The position numbers were made by a program, and so were the translations under genes. Source: Candidatus Dojkabacteria bacterium (GTDB lineage: Bacteria > Patescibacteriota > Dojkabacteria > JAFGLO01). From it: a stretch of 64,000 bases of DNA. Within the stretch, counting starts at the first letter, position 1. The number at the start of each line of letters is the position of its first letter. This document shows positions 9,461 to 17,222 of the stretch, piece by piece. Location: contig JAFGLO010000007.1 of assembly GCA_016927995.1 (NCBI GenBank), forward strand, positions 17,467-81,466, in the 5' to 3' direction. A model generated the notes under the pieces. That model made no database searches and had not been told where the DNA came from. It saw only the letters and a list, made by a program, of their open reading frames with translations.

Positions 9461-10914
9461 AAAAAATTATCGTAATCGGAGGAGGAATAAGCGGACTTGC
9501 AACTGCTGCACTTTTAGCAAAAGACAGTAATAACGTAACTATTTTGGAGAAAAACGAGATGCTAGGTGGCAGAGGTAGAATGTGGAAATCCAATGGCTTT
9601 TCTTTTGATATGGGACCATCTTGGTATATGATGCCCGAAGTGTTTGATGAATTTTTCGCAATATTTGGACACAAAGTTTCGGACTTTTATCACTTAGAGC
9701 AGCTTGATTCACACTACAAAGTATTTATATCAAACGGAAATTCCTACAATATAACCAAAGACATTAACGCAAACAAATCGCTTTTTGAGAGAGCCCAGCA
9801 GGGTGGAGGCAAAGCCTTAGAAAAATATCTAGACAAATCAAAAGATACTTATGAAATCGCAACAAAAAATCTAATGTATTTTGACTATGAAAATCTTACA
9901 GACATTTTAAAACCCGATGTTTTATACAAACTTACTCAATTAAATTTACTAAAAACTTTTCACAAATATATAACCAGGTTTTTCAAATCAAAAGATCTTC
10001 AAAAAATTATAGAGTTTACAACCGTTTTTCTTGGCGGATCACCATATAACACACCTGCATTTTATAATTTAATATCACATGCAGACTTTAACCTTGGAAT
10101 CTGGTATCCAATGGGTGGAATGTATGAAGTAGTAAAAGCGCTGGAATCACTTTGCAAAGAGCTTGGAGTAACTATCAAAACCAGTGAACCGGTCACCAAA
10201 GTCAATATAGAAAACGGTATTGCCCAAACCGTTGAAACAACAAAAGGTCACTACAATACCGATGCCGTAGTAAATACGGCTGATAGGCAATATTTTGAAA
10301 CAAGGGTGCTTTCCGACAAAACCCAAAGAACCAATTGGGACAAAGCAGTTATGTCACCCTCTGCATTTAATATTTACATAGGTATAAACAAAAGGCTAAA
10401 TGGAGTTGAACATCATAACTTATACTTTAATGACACGTGGGAAACTCATTTCAAAGAGGTATATAAAAACCCTGATTGGCCGGAAACACCATCATATTAC
10501 TTCCATGTACCATCTAAAACCGATCCTGGTGTAGCGCCACAGGGAAGTGAATCAATATTTATTTTGGTGCCTGTAGCACCGGGACTTAACGATTCAGAAG
10601 AAATAAGAGCGGCTTTCGCTACAAAGATGATAACTCACCTCGAGAAATTAACCGGTCAGTCAATAAGTCCACACATTGTTACTCAAAGGATTTTCTCACG
10701 CAGAGATTTTACTTCTGATTATAACAGCTTTAAGGGTTCGGCATTTGGACTTGCACATACTCTATTCCAAACGGCTCTTTTTAGACCTCTAAATAAAGAC
10801 AAACGGGTAGAAAATGTATTTTATGCCGGTCAATATACAAATCCCGGTGTAGGAGTCCCAACAGGTATAATTTCGTCCATGATTGTACGAAAACTAGTTG
10901 CTAATATGCCGTAA
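9457..10914 (+). CDS. CrtI/CrtD-family FAD-dependent carotenoid desaturase (phytoene desaturase family oxidoreductase)
   Basis: N-terminal FAD fold VIGGGISGLATAALLAK...LEKNEMLGGRGR; 485 aa; C-terminal YAGQYTNPGVGVPTGIISS typical of CrtI family. Confidence 0.75.
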   Translation: MKKIIVIGGGISGLATAALLAKDSNNVTILEKNEMLGGRGRMWKSNGFSFDMGPSWYMMPEVFDEFFAIFGHKVSDFYHLEQLDSHYKVFISNGNSYNITKDINANKSLFERAQQGGGKALEKYLDKSKDTYEIATKNLMYFDYENLTDILKPDVLYKLTQLNLLKTFHKYITRFFKSKDLQKIIEFTTVFLGGSPYNTPAFYNLISHADFNLGIWYPMGGMYEVVKALESLCKELGVTIKTSEPVTKVNIENGIAQTVETTKGHYNTDAVVNTADRQYFETRVLSDKTQRTNWDKAVMSPSAFNIYIGINKRLNGVEHHNLYFNDTWETHFKEVYKNPDWPETPSYYFHVPSKTDPGVAPQGSESIFILVPVAPGLNDSEEIRAAFATKMITHLEKLTGQSISPHIVTQRIFSRRDFTSDYNSFKGSAFGLAHTLFQTALFRPLNKDKRVENVFYAGQYTNPGVGVPTGIISSMIVRKLVANMP

Positions 10915-10954
10915 GGTTCACAAAACCATAGGACCCAAAAACTATACTAATTTA

Positions 10955-11716
10955 CTAGTTTGGCCTTAAGGTTCCGGCCCAGACTTGCCAAGCAAGCGCA
11001 GATTTAGCAAACAGGCTTAAGAAAATATAGACTTTTTCGCCAAAGGTATAATCTTTCCATTTGCCAATTTTTTTGTACTGAAGCACCATGTTTATGGCAA
11101 AACAGTTAAAGAAAACAAAGATTGAAACAAAGATCCAATATACAAAGTCGGGTGGGGAAGCTTCTTTTCCAATGTATGATCCCAAATAAAGTGCAATGTT
11201 TACCCACGGGAGAATTCCGGCTATCGATCCAAAGATAAATGAAAGCCAGTTTGTCTTTTTCGTAGTTTGGTTGTGAACCTCCATTATGAGTCCAAACAAA
11301 ATCATCATTGCATTAAGCCCAAACATGGAAATCAAGGAGCTAAACTCATAAATTCCGACAAGCATGGCAATAATCACTATCATTACCGAAGAGCTGAATG
11401 TATATTCTATCCATCGTGCATAGTTTATTCCTTTTTTAAGGTTTCGAACGTACCAGTCAAATACTCTGGGTAGGGTAAGAATAAAGTGTGCAGATGAAGA
11501 CATAAAAAGAAAAAGTGCCACAGCTGGGCCAATTGGTATCTCAAAAAGTGTTTTTATGTATGGTGATAAACTCTGAGTAGCCGGATTAAACTCTAAAAAA
11601 TTCCCAATCACAGGCAACGCAAAATCGGTGCTTAAGCTTAGCATCAAAATTCCTTGAATTAGGTGGAAAACACCCATCCAGAAGTTGTACGTGCGAAGTT
11701 TCGCAAATTTCCCCAT
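10955..11716 (-). CDS. Heliorhodopsin (7-TM retinal-binding protein)
   Basis: 253 aa, 7 predicted TM helices. N-terminal NFWMGVFHLIQGILMLSLSTDFALP matches the heliorhodopsin N-terminus pattern. His18, His77, Glu104 (WIEYTFSS) and Lys238 (LFAKSALAW, last helix) sit at a constant -3 offset from the H23/H80/E107/K241 residues described for heliorhodopsin 48C12. Aligned from memory, not computed. Confidence 0.7.
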   Translation of the reverse strand: MGKFAKLRTYNFWMGVFHLIQGILMLSLSTDFALPVIGNFLEFNPATQSLSPYIKTLFEIPIGPAVALFLFMSSSAHFILTLPRVFDWYVRNLKKGINYARWIEYTFSSSVMIVIIAMLVGIYEFSSLISMFGLNAMMILFGLIMEVHNQTTKKTNWLSFIFGSIAGILPWVNIALYLGSYIGKEASPPDFVYWIFVSIFVFFNCFAINMVLQYKKIGKWKDYTFGEKVYIFLSLFAKSALAWQVWAGTLRPN

Positions 11717-11779
11717 ATAAAAATCTGGTTAACTTAAGCTATCCTAGTATAGCAAATTAAAAGAATTTTTTGGGGGATT

Positions 11780-12280
11780 TTACCATTTCTCTTCGTGAAC
11801 CTTAGATTTATTATATTCATCCTCTGTATGCGGGCTAGGGGAGGCTGCAGCTTTTCCAATAGCAAGTGCACATAAAACCCTTCTATCATCTGGAATATTT
11901 AGAATTTTTCGAACAAGCGCCTCGCGGTCGCCGTCATCTTTTCTAACGTTAGCCCAACAGGACGAAAGCCCTTGGTTAACAGCCTCTAGCATCATATATC
12001 CAACCGCAAGTGAACAATCTTCTATCCAGAATCTACCTTCCGTAGACACTACAATAATTGCTGCGCTACAATCGGCTAGGAATGCTTGATACTGGCCAAG
12101 TCCACTAAGCTTTTTAAGGGTATCTTTATCTTTTACAACAACAAATTCATACTCTTTAAGGTTCATGCCAGAAGGCGCGACCATTCCTGCTGTAAGAATC
12201 TCTTTAACTTGGGAATCGGTAATTTGGAATTTCGGTTCAAAACTTCTAACACTTTTGCGGTTTTTAAAAAGATTGTGCAT
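11780..12280 (-). CDS. Nitroreductase family protein
   Basis: NRKSVRSF near N-terminus; 166 aa; nitroreductase fold pattern; same strand and 63 bp upstream of the heliorhodopsin gene. Confidence 0.75.
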   Translation of the reverse strand: MHNLFKNRKSVRSFEPKFQITDSQVKEILTAGMVAPSGMNLKEYEFVVVKDKDTLKKLSGLGQYQAFLADCSAAIIVVSTEGRFWIEDCSLAVGYMMLEAVNQGLSSCWANVRKDDGDREALVRKILNIPDDRRVLCALAIGKAAASPSPHTEDEYNKSKVHEEKW

Positions 12281-12327
12281 TATTAAAACCTAAAGTTAGC
12301 TGTATTCAGATTATACACAAACCATCA

Positions 12328-12789
12328 TTAAACAGAAAACTTGTCCTTGATTGAGGGACTTATCGACTGCAGGATGTTTATCAGCCTCGCAATATCCTTT
12401 TCATCAAAAAGTTTATATCCAAAAAATACCTTGGTTCTTTTGTTCTCAGAAATAAAAACAATTACCACGCTACCTTTACGACGCACGTGTTCCTCAATAA
12501 CAGATATGTCCGAGATTAAAATAGACTGGACCGAAACTAGCTGCTTCACCACCAGATAATCATTCTCTATGATAACTTTCGTTGTTATCATATATAGTCC
12601 AAAACTGATACCTATAATAATCATGCAAAATACAGACAGTGCAAAGGGAGTAATGACATCCAGTTGACCATCGAAAACAAGTATTGAGAGAAACAAAAAC
12701 ATAAAAATGAATCCACCTAACAGGCTATTCACAAATACGGCCTTTTTATAGCTTGGCCGAATGATTAATTTTGTTATTTTTTCTTCCAT
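12328..12789 (-). CDS. Membrane protein, possible bacterial PH (bPH/YdbT-like) domain protein
   Basis: The first 36 codons of the track ORF are Arg/Cys-rich and look non-coding, so the start is taken at Met37 (MEEKITKL). Two TM helices followed by a soluble domain. Confidence 0.4.
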   Translation of the reverse strand: MEEKITKLIIRPSYKKAVFVNSLLGGFIFMFLFLSILVFDGQLDVITPFALSVFCMIIIGISFGLYMITTKVIIENDYLVVKQLVSVQSILISDISVIEEHVRRKGSVVIVFISENKRTKVFFGYKLFDEKDIARLINILQSISPSIKDKFSV

Positions 12790-13011
12790 GTTTCTTGTAA
12801 GTATCAGACCTCCAAATCGGAGTGGTCGTCGCAATGACCTTGCTGCGACGAAACAAACATGTTGTGCTAAAGCACAACGACAAAGCCTCTTAAGCAAAGC
12901 TAATCCCAGCCCGCAAACCCTTAAGCGGGCTAACTTTCCCTAGAAAGGGAAAAATTTGATAAGAACGGTCGTGGAGTTCAATCACACTACTTCCATAATG
13001 TAAAGATCAAA

Positions 13012-13085
13012 TCGGAGTGGTGGGACTCGAACCCACGACCTCACGGTCCCAAACCGTGCATTCTAGCCAACTGAACTACACTCCG
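13012..13085 (-). tRNA. tRNA-Pro (anticodon TGG)
   Basis: Reverse complement CGGAGTGTAGTTCAGTTGGCTAGAATGCACGGTTTGGGACCGTGAGGTCGTGGGTTCGAGTCCCACCACTCCGA folds as a cloverleaf. Anticodon loop is TTTGGGA with a GTTCGAGTC T-loop. Confidence 0.85.
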
Positions 13086-13320
13086 CTTTTTGATAGAACT
13101 TGTCTCGCTTAAATCGGCTTCTTTTTATTTCAAGCTCGTACTTTCTTGCCTGCTCAATTGTATCAAATCTTTCATAATATATTAATCTCCATTGAGAAGA
13201 TCTTTTAGTATAATTACTTCTCTTACTATTATGCTCTTCCGTTCTTCTCTTCAAATTTGTTGTTGAACCAACATACCTTTCTCCAAACTCGTTTTCTAGC
13301 AAATATACAAAACCACTCAT
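13063..13320 (-). CDS. GIY-YIG nuclease superfamily protein (YhbQ/UPF0213-like)
   Basis: FVYLLENEFGERYVGSTTNLKRRTEEHN matches the GIY-YIG core (compare E. coli YhbQ [27 protein letters not shown]). The last 8 codons read into the tRNA-Pro 5' end and stop at the D-loop TAG. Confidence 0.7.
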   Translation of the reverse strand: MSGFVYLLENEFGERYVGSTTNLKRRTEEHNSKRSNYTKRSSQWRLIYYERFDTIEQARKYELEIKRSRFKRDKFYQKAECSSVG

Positions 13321-13336
13321 AACTTTAAATCACGGT

Positions 13337-13394
13337 CCTCTATCTGTCGATAGACAGGCAAACCGTGCATTCTAGCCAACTGAACTACACTCCG
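13337..13394 (-). pseudogene. Truncated duplicate of tRNA-Pro (positions 1 to about 44) with a 20-nt hairpin inserted in the anticodon loop
   Basis: 35 nt identical to tRNA-Pro 5' half (13360-13394 vs 13051-13085). TCTATCTGTCGATAGACAGG is inserted between anticodon-loop residues. The sequence continues GGACCGTGA and then diverges, with no T-arm. Confidence 0.6.
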
Positions 13395-13590
13395 TATATG
13401 CTATTATTATACAATAAACAAGCAGAAATAGTAACACTTATCTGATAAAATATACAGTATGAAAACACTCCTATTAGACATAGATGAAACACTTTTAGAC
13501 CATTCGATCTGGTCACCAGCACGAAATAATCATATTGCAGACATCTTGGGTAGGTCAACAAATTAATTCCTTAACTGAACTACTATACAT

Positions 13591-14019
13591 ATGAGACTCT
13601 GGTCAATACACCCCAAATATCTAGACGCCAAAGGACTTATAGCACTGTGGAGAGAATCACTTTTAGCAAAAGCCGTTTTGGAAGGAAAAACCAAGGGTTA
13701 TAAAAATCATCCACAACTTATAAGATTTAAAAACTCAAGTAATCCCAAGTCCCTGATCAATAACTACTTAGAGCACATTCACAAAGAAGCCAGTCGTAGG
13801 GGATATTCATTTTCAAAATATAAATACCGGGAAGTAGATCCCCAACCCAAGATAGCTATAACTAGGGGGCAGTTAGATTTTGAACTAAACCATTTACTCA
13901 AAAAATTGAGGAGTAGGGCACCACAATTCTATAAAGTCCTTAGAGCTACAGGGAAAATATATCCACACCCGATATTTAAGTTAATCAAGGGACCCATATC
14001 AGAGTGGGAGAAGTTTTGA
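13591..14019 (+). CDS. Pyrimidine-dimer DNA glycosylase-like protein (PF03013-like), tentative
   Basis: N-terminus MRLWSIHPKYLDAKGLIALWRE...KGYKNHPQL recalled as typical of this family; 142 aa. Confidence 0.4.
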   Translation: MRLWSIHPKYLDAKGLIALWRESLLAKAVLEGKTKGYKNHPQLIRFKNSSNPKSLINNYLEHIHKEASRRGYSFSKYKYREVDPQPKIAITRGQLDFELNHLLKKLRSRAPQFYKVLRATGKIYPHPIFKLIKGPISEWEKF

Positions 14020-14081
14020 TCCGATAAACTCTTGCTGTTATACTTCATATTAAACTAACTTAAACAAGCTACTAACAAAAA

Positions 14082-14579
14082 ATGAAAAAGCGAACCATAA
14101 AAATTGGACTTAGTTTGATTGGAATTATTGTCTTGGGAGTGTCTGTCTGGTGGATAATTAAAGATTCAAAATTTATACAAAACAGGGAAAATCATACAGC
14201 AGAGCAAACAGAGACAGGTATCTGGCACACCCTTCAAGATACAACATGGTCTATGGATGACGGTTGGGCAGGCACACTGTACATATTTTATAAAGACAAC
14301 GATGGGAACCCAAGGTGCATTCGCCAAGTAGAGGGAAGTGGCTTGTATGTAATAAACAGTAGTTTTGTAAATTTGGAAGTTACAGACGAAGATAGTATAA
14401 AAATAGGTTGGAAAGAATATAGGTTGGTAAACAACACCAAACTCGTTTCTCAAAACAACGAACTTAAGCTCTTGGCAAATGAGCCAATTGTATACTCACG
14501 ACTCTACAAGATTCCTATGGATATTGTACGAGACCCTGATTTTAATCCGGAAGAATACCTTGACTATAAATTAAAATAA
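14082..14579 (+). CDS. Hypothetical membrane-anchored/secreted protein
   Basis: N-terminal TM helix (IKIGLSLIGIIVLGVSVWWII); no recognizable domain. Confidence 0.4.
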   Translation: MKKRTIKIGLSLIGIIVLGVSVWWIIKDSKFIQNRENHTAEQTETGIWHTLQDTTWSMDDGWAGTLYIFYKDNDGNPRCIRQVEGSGLYVINSSFVNLEVTDEDSIKIGWKEYRLVNNTKLVSQNNELKLLANEPIVYSRLYKIPMDIVRDPDFNPEEYLDYKLK

Positions 14580-14598
14580 CAACCTGTTAAAATAGAGC

Positions 14599-15390
14599 GT
14601 GGGAGAACAAAAATCCCTGCCCAAGAATAGTAGTCCAATAAAACTTTCACTTGTTCTCAGTTTCTACAAAGATGATAACCGTGTAATACGTACAATTCGT
14701 GAGATCAATTCATTTTTAAATGATACACACATAAGCTACGAACTAATAATAATCCTAAATGGAGGATATCTAAAAACCACAATTAATCTTTTAAAAATTA
14801 AACATTATCCAAACACAAAAATCATTGCATATAGGAGCCACAAACCTTATGGCTTCTCGGTAAAATATGGAATGCTAAATGCAAAAGGCTTGTATATCGG
14901 ATTTGTAGACAACTCACTCTCAAATGATCAACTTGATGAAACAATGAATGCAATAGTACAACAGATTGTGCTTCGAAACAAGGATGTCTTAACAATAACC
15001 CAAAATGGCAGTAACAAAATTGCCGATTTTTGCCTGTCGCTCTTACAAAACATCTTTTTAGGATTTGGTCTTGAGAAACCTGTTCAAATAGCAACCATCT
15101 TCAACAAACACATATTATATGACGCACTTACAAGGTCCGCACTCGAAGAAACACATTGGGAAACTGAGCTTTTGGCAATAGCAAAATCACTTAACAAACT
15201 TAAACTATCAGAACAATCCATGAAATTTCACGGTAAGACTAATAAATTATCGTTAAGTCCACTGCTACGCATTCTTAAAAACATATACTTTAACGGATAT
15301 TATCAAAATCAAACGATAAACAAGTTTAACGAAATTACAGTTAAATATGCGCAACTTGAGATATCTGAAAAAATAACACCTTCACAATAA
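14599..15390 (+). CDS. Glycosyltransferase family 2-like protein with degenerate DxD motif, tentative
   Basis: LSLVLSFYKDD..., YELIIILNGG, and KGLYIGFVDNS follow the GT2 spacing (PTYNE / VVDDGS / DAD), but the catalytic acidic motifs are altered. Confidence 0.35.
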   Translation: MGEQKSLPKNSSPIKLSLVLSFYKDDNRVIRTIREINSFLNDTHISYELIIILNGGYLKTTINLLKIKHYPNTKIIAYRSHKPYGFSVKYGMLNAKGLYIGFVDNSLSNDQLDETMNAIVQQIVLRNKDVLTITQNGSNKIADFCLSLLQNIFLGFGLEKPVQIATIFNKHILYDALTRSALEETHWETELLAIAKSLNKLKLSEQSMKFHGKTNKLSLSPLLRILKNIYFNGYYQNQTINKFNEITVKYAQLEISEKITPSQ

Positions 15391-15439
15391 TATAAAAATA
15401 ATGTAGCCTATACAAATAACTAAATTTGTTAAGAAAAGG

Positions 15440-16090
15440 TTGGCAAAACTAGATTTCAAAAAACAGGAGAAACCTCTTTATATGCCTAAACCTGACGAAC
15501 CAATAACAATAGACGTTCCCAAAATGAACTTTCTTATGATTGATGGGATAGGGGCCCCCGAATCAAAACAGTTTGCACAATCAGTCGAAGCTCTTTATTC
15601 CGTTTCCTACACAATAAAATCAATGCCTAAAAAAGGCTTGGAAATCCCGGGTTATTATGACTATGTAATGGCGCCACTCGAGGGATTGTGGTGGTCAAAA
15701 GATATTAAAACAAAAGGATTTACGCCGGATAGAAACAAGTGGTTATGGACACTAATGATTCGTCAACCGGAATTTATTGACAGAATAATCTCTTTTGGCG
15801 CAATTCAACAGATAATCGATAAAAAGAAAAACCCAATTGCCGAAAACATAAAGTTCGTGGAATTTAAAGAAGGTCTAAGCGTCCAGATAATGCATATTGG
15901 TCCTTACAAAACCGAAGAAACAACTGTTGATAAACTTCACAAATTTATCAATGACAACAGATTCGAACTTAATGGAAAACATCATGAAATATATATTTCA
16001 GACCCACGAAAGGCAGATCCCTTAAAAATGAAGACGGTTATACGATATCCCATCCGTAGGGACTTATACAATCATGGGGTGTCGGTTTAA
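15440..16090 (+). CDS. GyrI-like small-molecule-binding domain protein
   Basis: PKMNFLMIDGIGAP...ALYSVSYTIK pattern typical of GyrI-like/effector-binding domain proteins; 216 aa. Confidence 0.6.
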   Translation: MAKLDFKKQEKPLYMPKPDEPITIDVPKMNFLMIDGIGAPESKQFAQSVEALYSVSYTIKSMPKKGLEIPGYYDYVMAPLEGLWWSKDIKTKGFTPDRNKWLWTLMIRQPEFIDRIISFGAIQQIIDKKKNPIAENIKFVEFKEGLSVQIMHIGPYKTEETTVDKLHKFINDNRFELNGKHHEIYISDPRKADPLKMKTVIRYPIRRDLYNHGVSV

Positions 16091-16103
16091 ACCCGCCCCT
16101 ACG
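16077..16103. other. Imperfect palindrome GGGGTGTCGGTTTAAACCCGCCCCTACG overlapping the stop codon of the GyrI-like gene
   Basis: The 20-mer GGTTTAAACCCGCCCCTACG is the exact reverse complement of 26763-26782. This is followed by 2 x 22-bp tandem AATTATTTACAACCCRGTTTC. Confidence 0.6.
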
Positions 16104-16123
16104 AATTATTTACAACCCAGTTT

Positions 16124-16930
16124 CTAATTATTTACAACCCGGTTTCGACCAAGCTCCTTAGCGCGATAAAGCCTTATATCCGCGATCTTTACAAGTTCCA
16201 CGGCATTTGCCGCATCACTGGGTAGAGTTGAAACACCTATACTAACAGTGATGTTTAAATCGAGAGCGGAAATAATCCCGGAGATTCTTCTTGCAACATT
16301 TGCAGCCGGAATATTTTCCGTATCGGGCAACAAAACAACAAACTCCTCACCTCCATATCGATAGGCTCTGTCCATGGGACGAATATTTCCCGATATATGT
16401 TTAGCAACGGTCGTAAGTAATTTATCACCGGCTTGATGACCGTAACTATCGTTGTATTTTTTAAAAAAGTCTATATCTATCATAAGGCAGGAAATATGCG
16501 TTTTATACTTTTGGGCATCTAAAACAAGTGTTTCTATGTCTTTATCAAAATGACCTCTATTATAAAGCCCGGTCAAAGCGTCACGATTTAATTTCTCAAT
16601 AACGTTTCTATACTTCATTCCTCTAACAAGAACCGGTCTTATCTCTTTTATAATCTCGTCAAAGAGCTGTTCATCCTGGGTTGTGAACTTCTCCCGTTCG
16701 GGAACAATTAAATCAATAACACCTTTTACATCCTTTAAAATATCAAAAGGGATTGCTTTCACAACAAAGCCCATATCCGCCTTAGCCGAGTAATTTGCAG
16801 ACAAGTCAGAATTTTTTATTGCGTTAATTCTTACAGTGGGTAAATCAAAAGAAACGCTTACATCTTCATTATGTTCATCCGTCGACTTACAACGCGCCGT
16901 TTTATCATAACAAACATGAGAAATAACCAA
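16124..16930 (-). CDS. Diguanylate cyclase (GGDEF domain) with N-terminal uncharacterized sensor region
   Basis: RYGGEEFVVLLPDT (GGEEF active site) and upstream RGHFD/ D-x-D context; 268 aa. Confidence 0.85.
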   Translation of the reverse strand: MVISHVCYDKTARCKSTDEHNEDVSVSFDLPTVRINAIKNSDLSANYSAKADMGFVVKAIPFDILKDVKGVIDLIVPEREKFTTQDEQLFDEIIKEIRPVLVRGMKYRNVIEKLNRDALTGLYNRGHFDKDIETLVLDAQKYKTHISCLMIDIDFFKKYNDSYGHQAGDKLLTTVAKHISGNIRPMDRAYRYGGEEFVVLLPDTENIPAANVARRISGIISALDLNITVSIGVSTLPSDAANAVELVKIADIRLYRAKELGRNRVVNN

Positions 16931-17222
16931 ATCGTTTTTAATAATGAGAATAGAGCAGGCAACAACTTTCTTTCTATCAACAATTGATCTAAGAATAATT
17001 CTATTTATAATCGAAAGATCAAGTTCAGATGAAAGTTTATGTACAAGACTATCAAGAAACCTTTTGTTCTTATTATTTGTTACAAAAGGGATATTTATAG
17101 CTGTTATCCCGTTATCTTATTTTGGAGGCTGTCCCCACATGCGCTCTAAATGATATTATACCACGGTAACATATCAGAAGTAAAGTTAGATTCATTTAAA
17201 ATTCAACTAAAATACGATATAC

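Noticed and set aside
12790-12897. N-terminal 36 codons of track ORF 12328..12897 (MLKRLCRCALAQHVCFVAARSLRRPLRFGGLILTRN)
   Set aside because: The composition (Arg/Cys/Ala-rich, from a GC-rich hairpin region) is unlike the rest of the protein and overlaps the structured intergenic region. The start is more plausibly Met37.
12790-13011. tmRNA or other tRNA-like structured RNA in the hairpin-rich stretch ending with a tRNA-like ACCACTCCGA 3' end
   Set aside because: No tRNA-like T-arm (GTTCRA), no tag-peptide reading frame, and no tmRNA pseudoknot signatures are recognisable. The terminal similarity is better explained as a 14-bp duplication of the tRNA-Pro 3' end.
13012-13394. Group I intron in the anticodon loop of tRNA-Pro encoding a GIY-YIG homing endonuclease
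   Set aside because: The interrupted copy lacks any 3' exon after the ORF (no T-arm). An intact uninterrupted tRNA-Pro lies immediately downstream. The 20-nt insertion is a simple hairpin rather than an intron core. The GIY-YIG protein is the short YhbQ type rather than a homing-endonuclease architecture.
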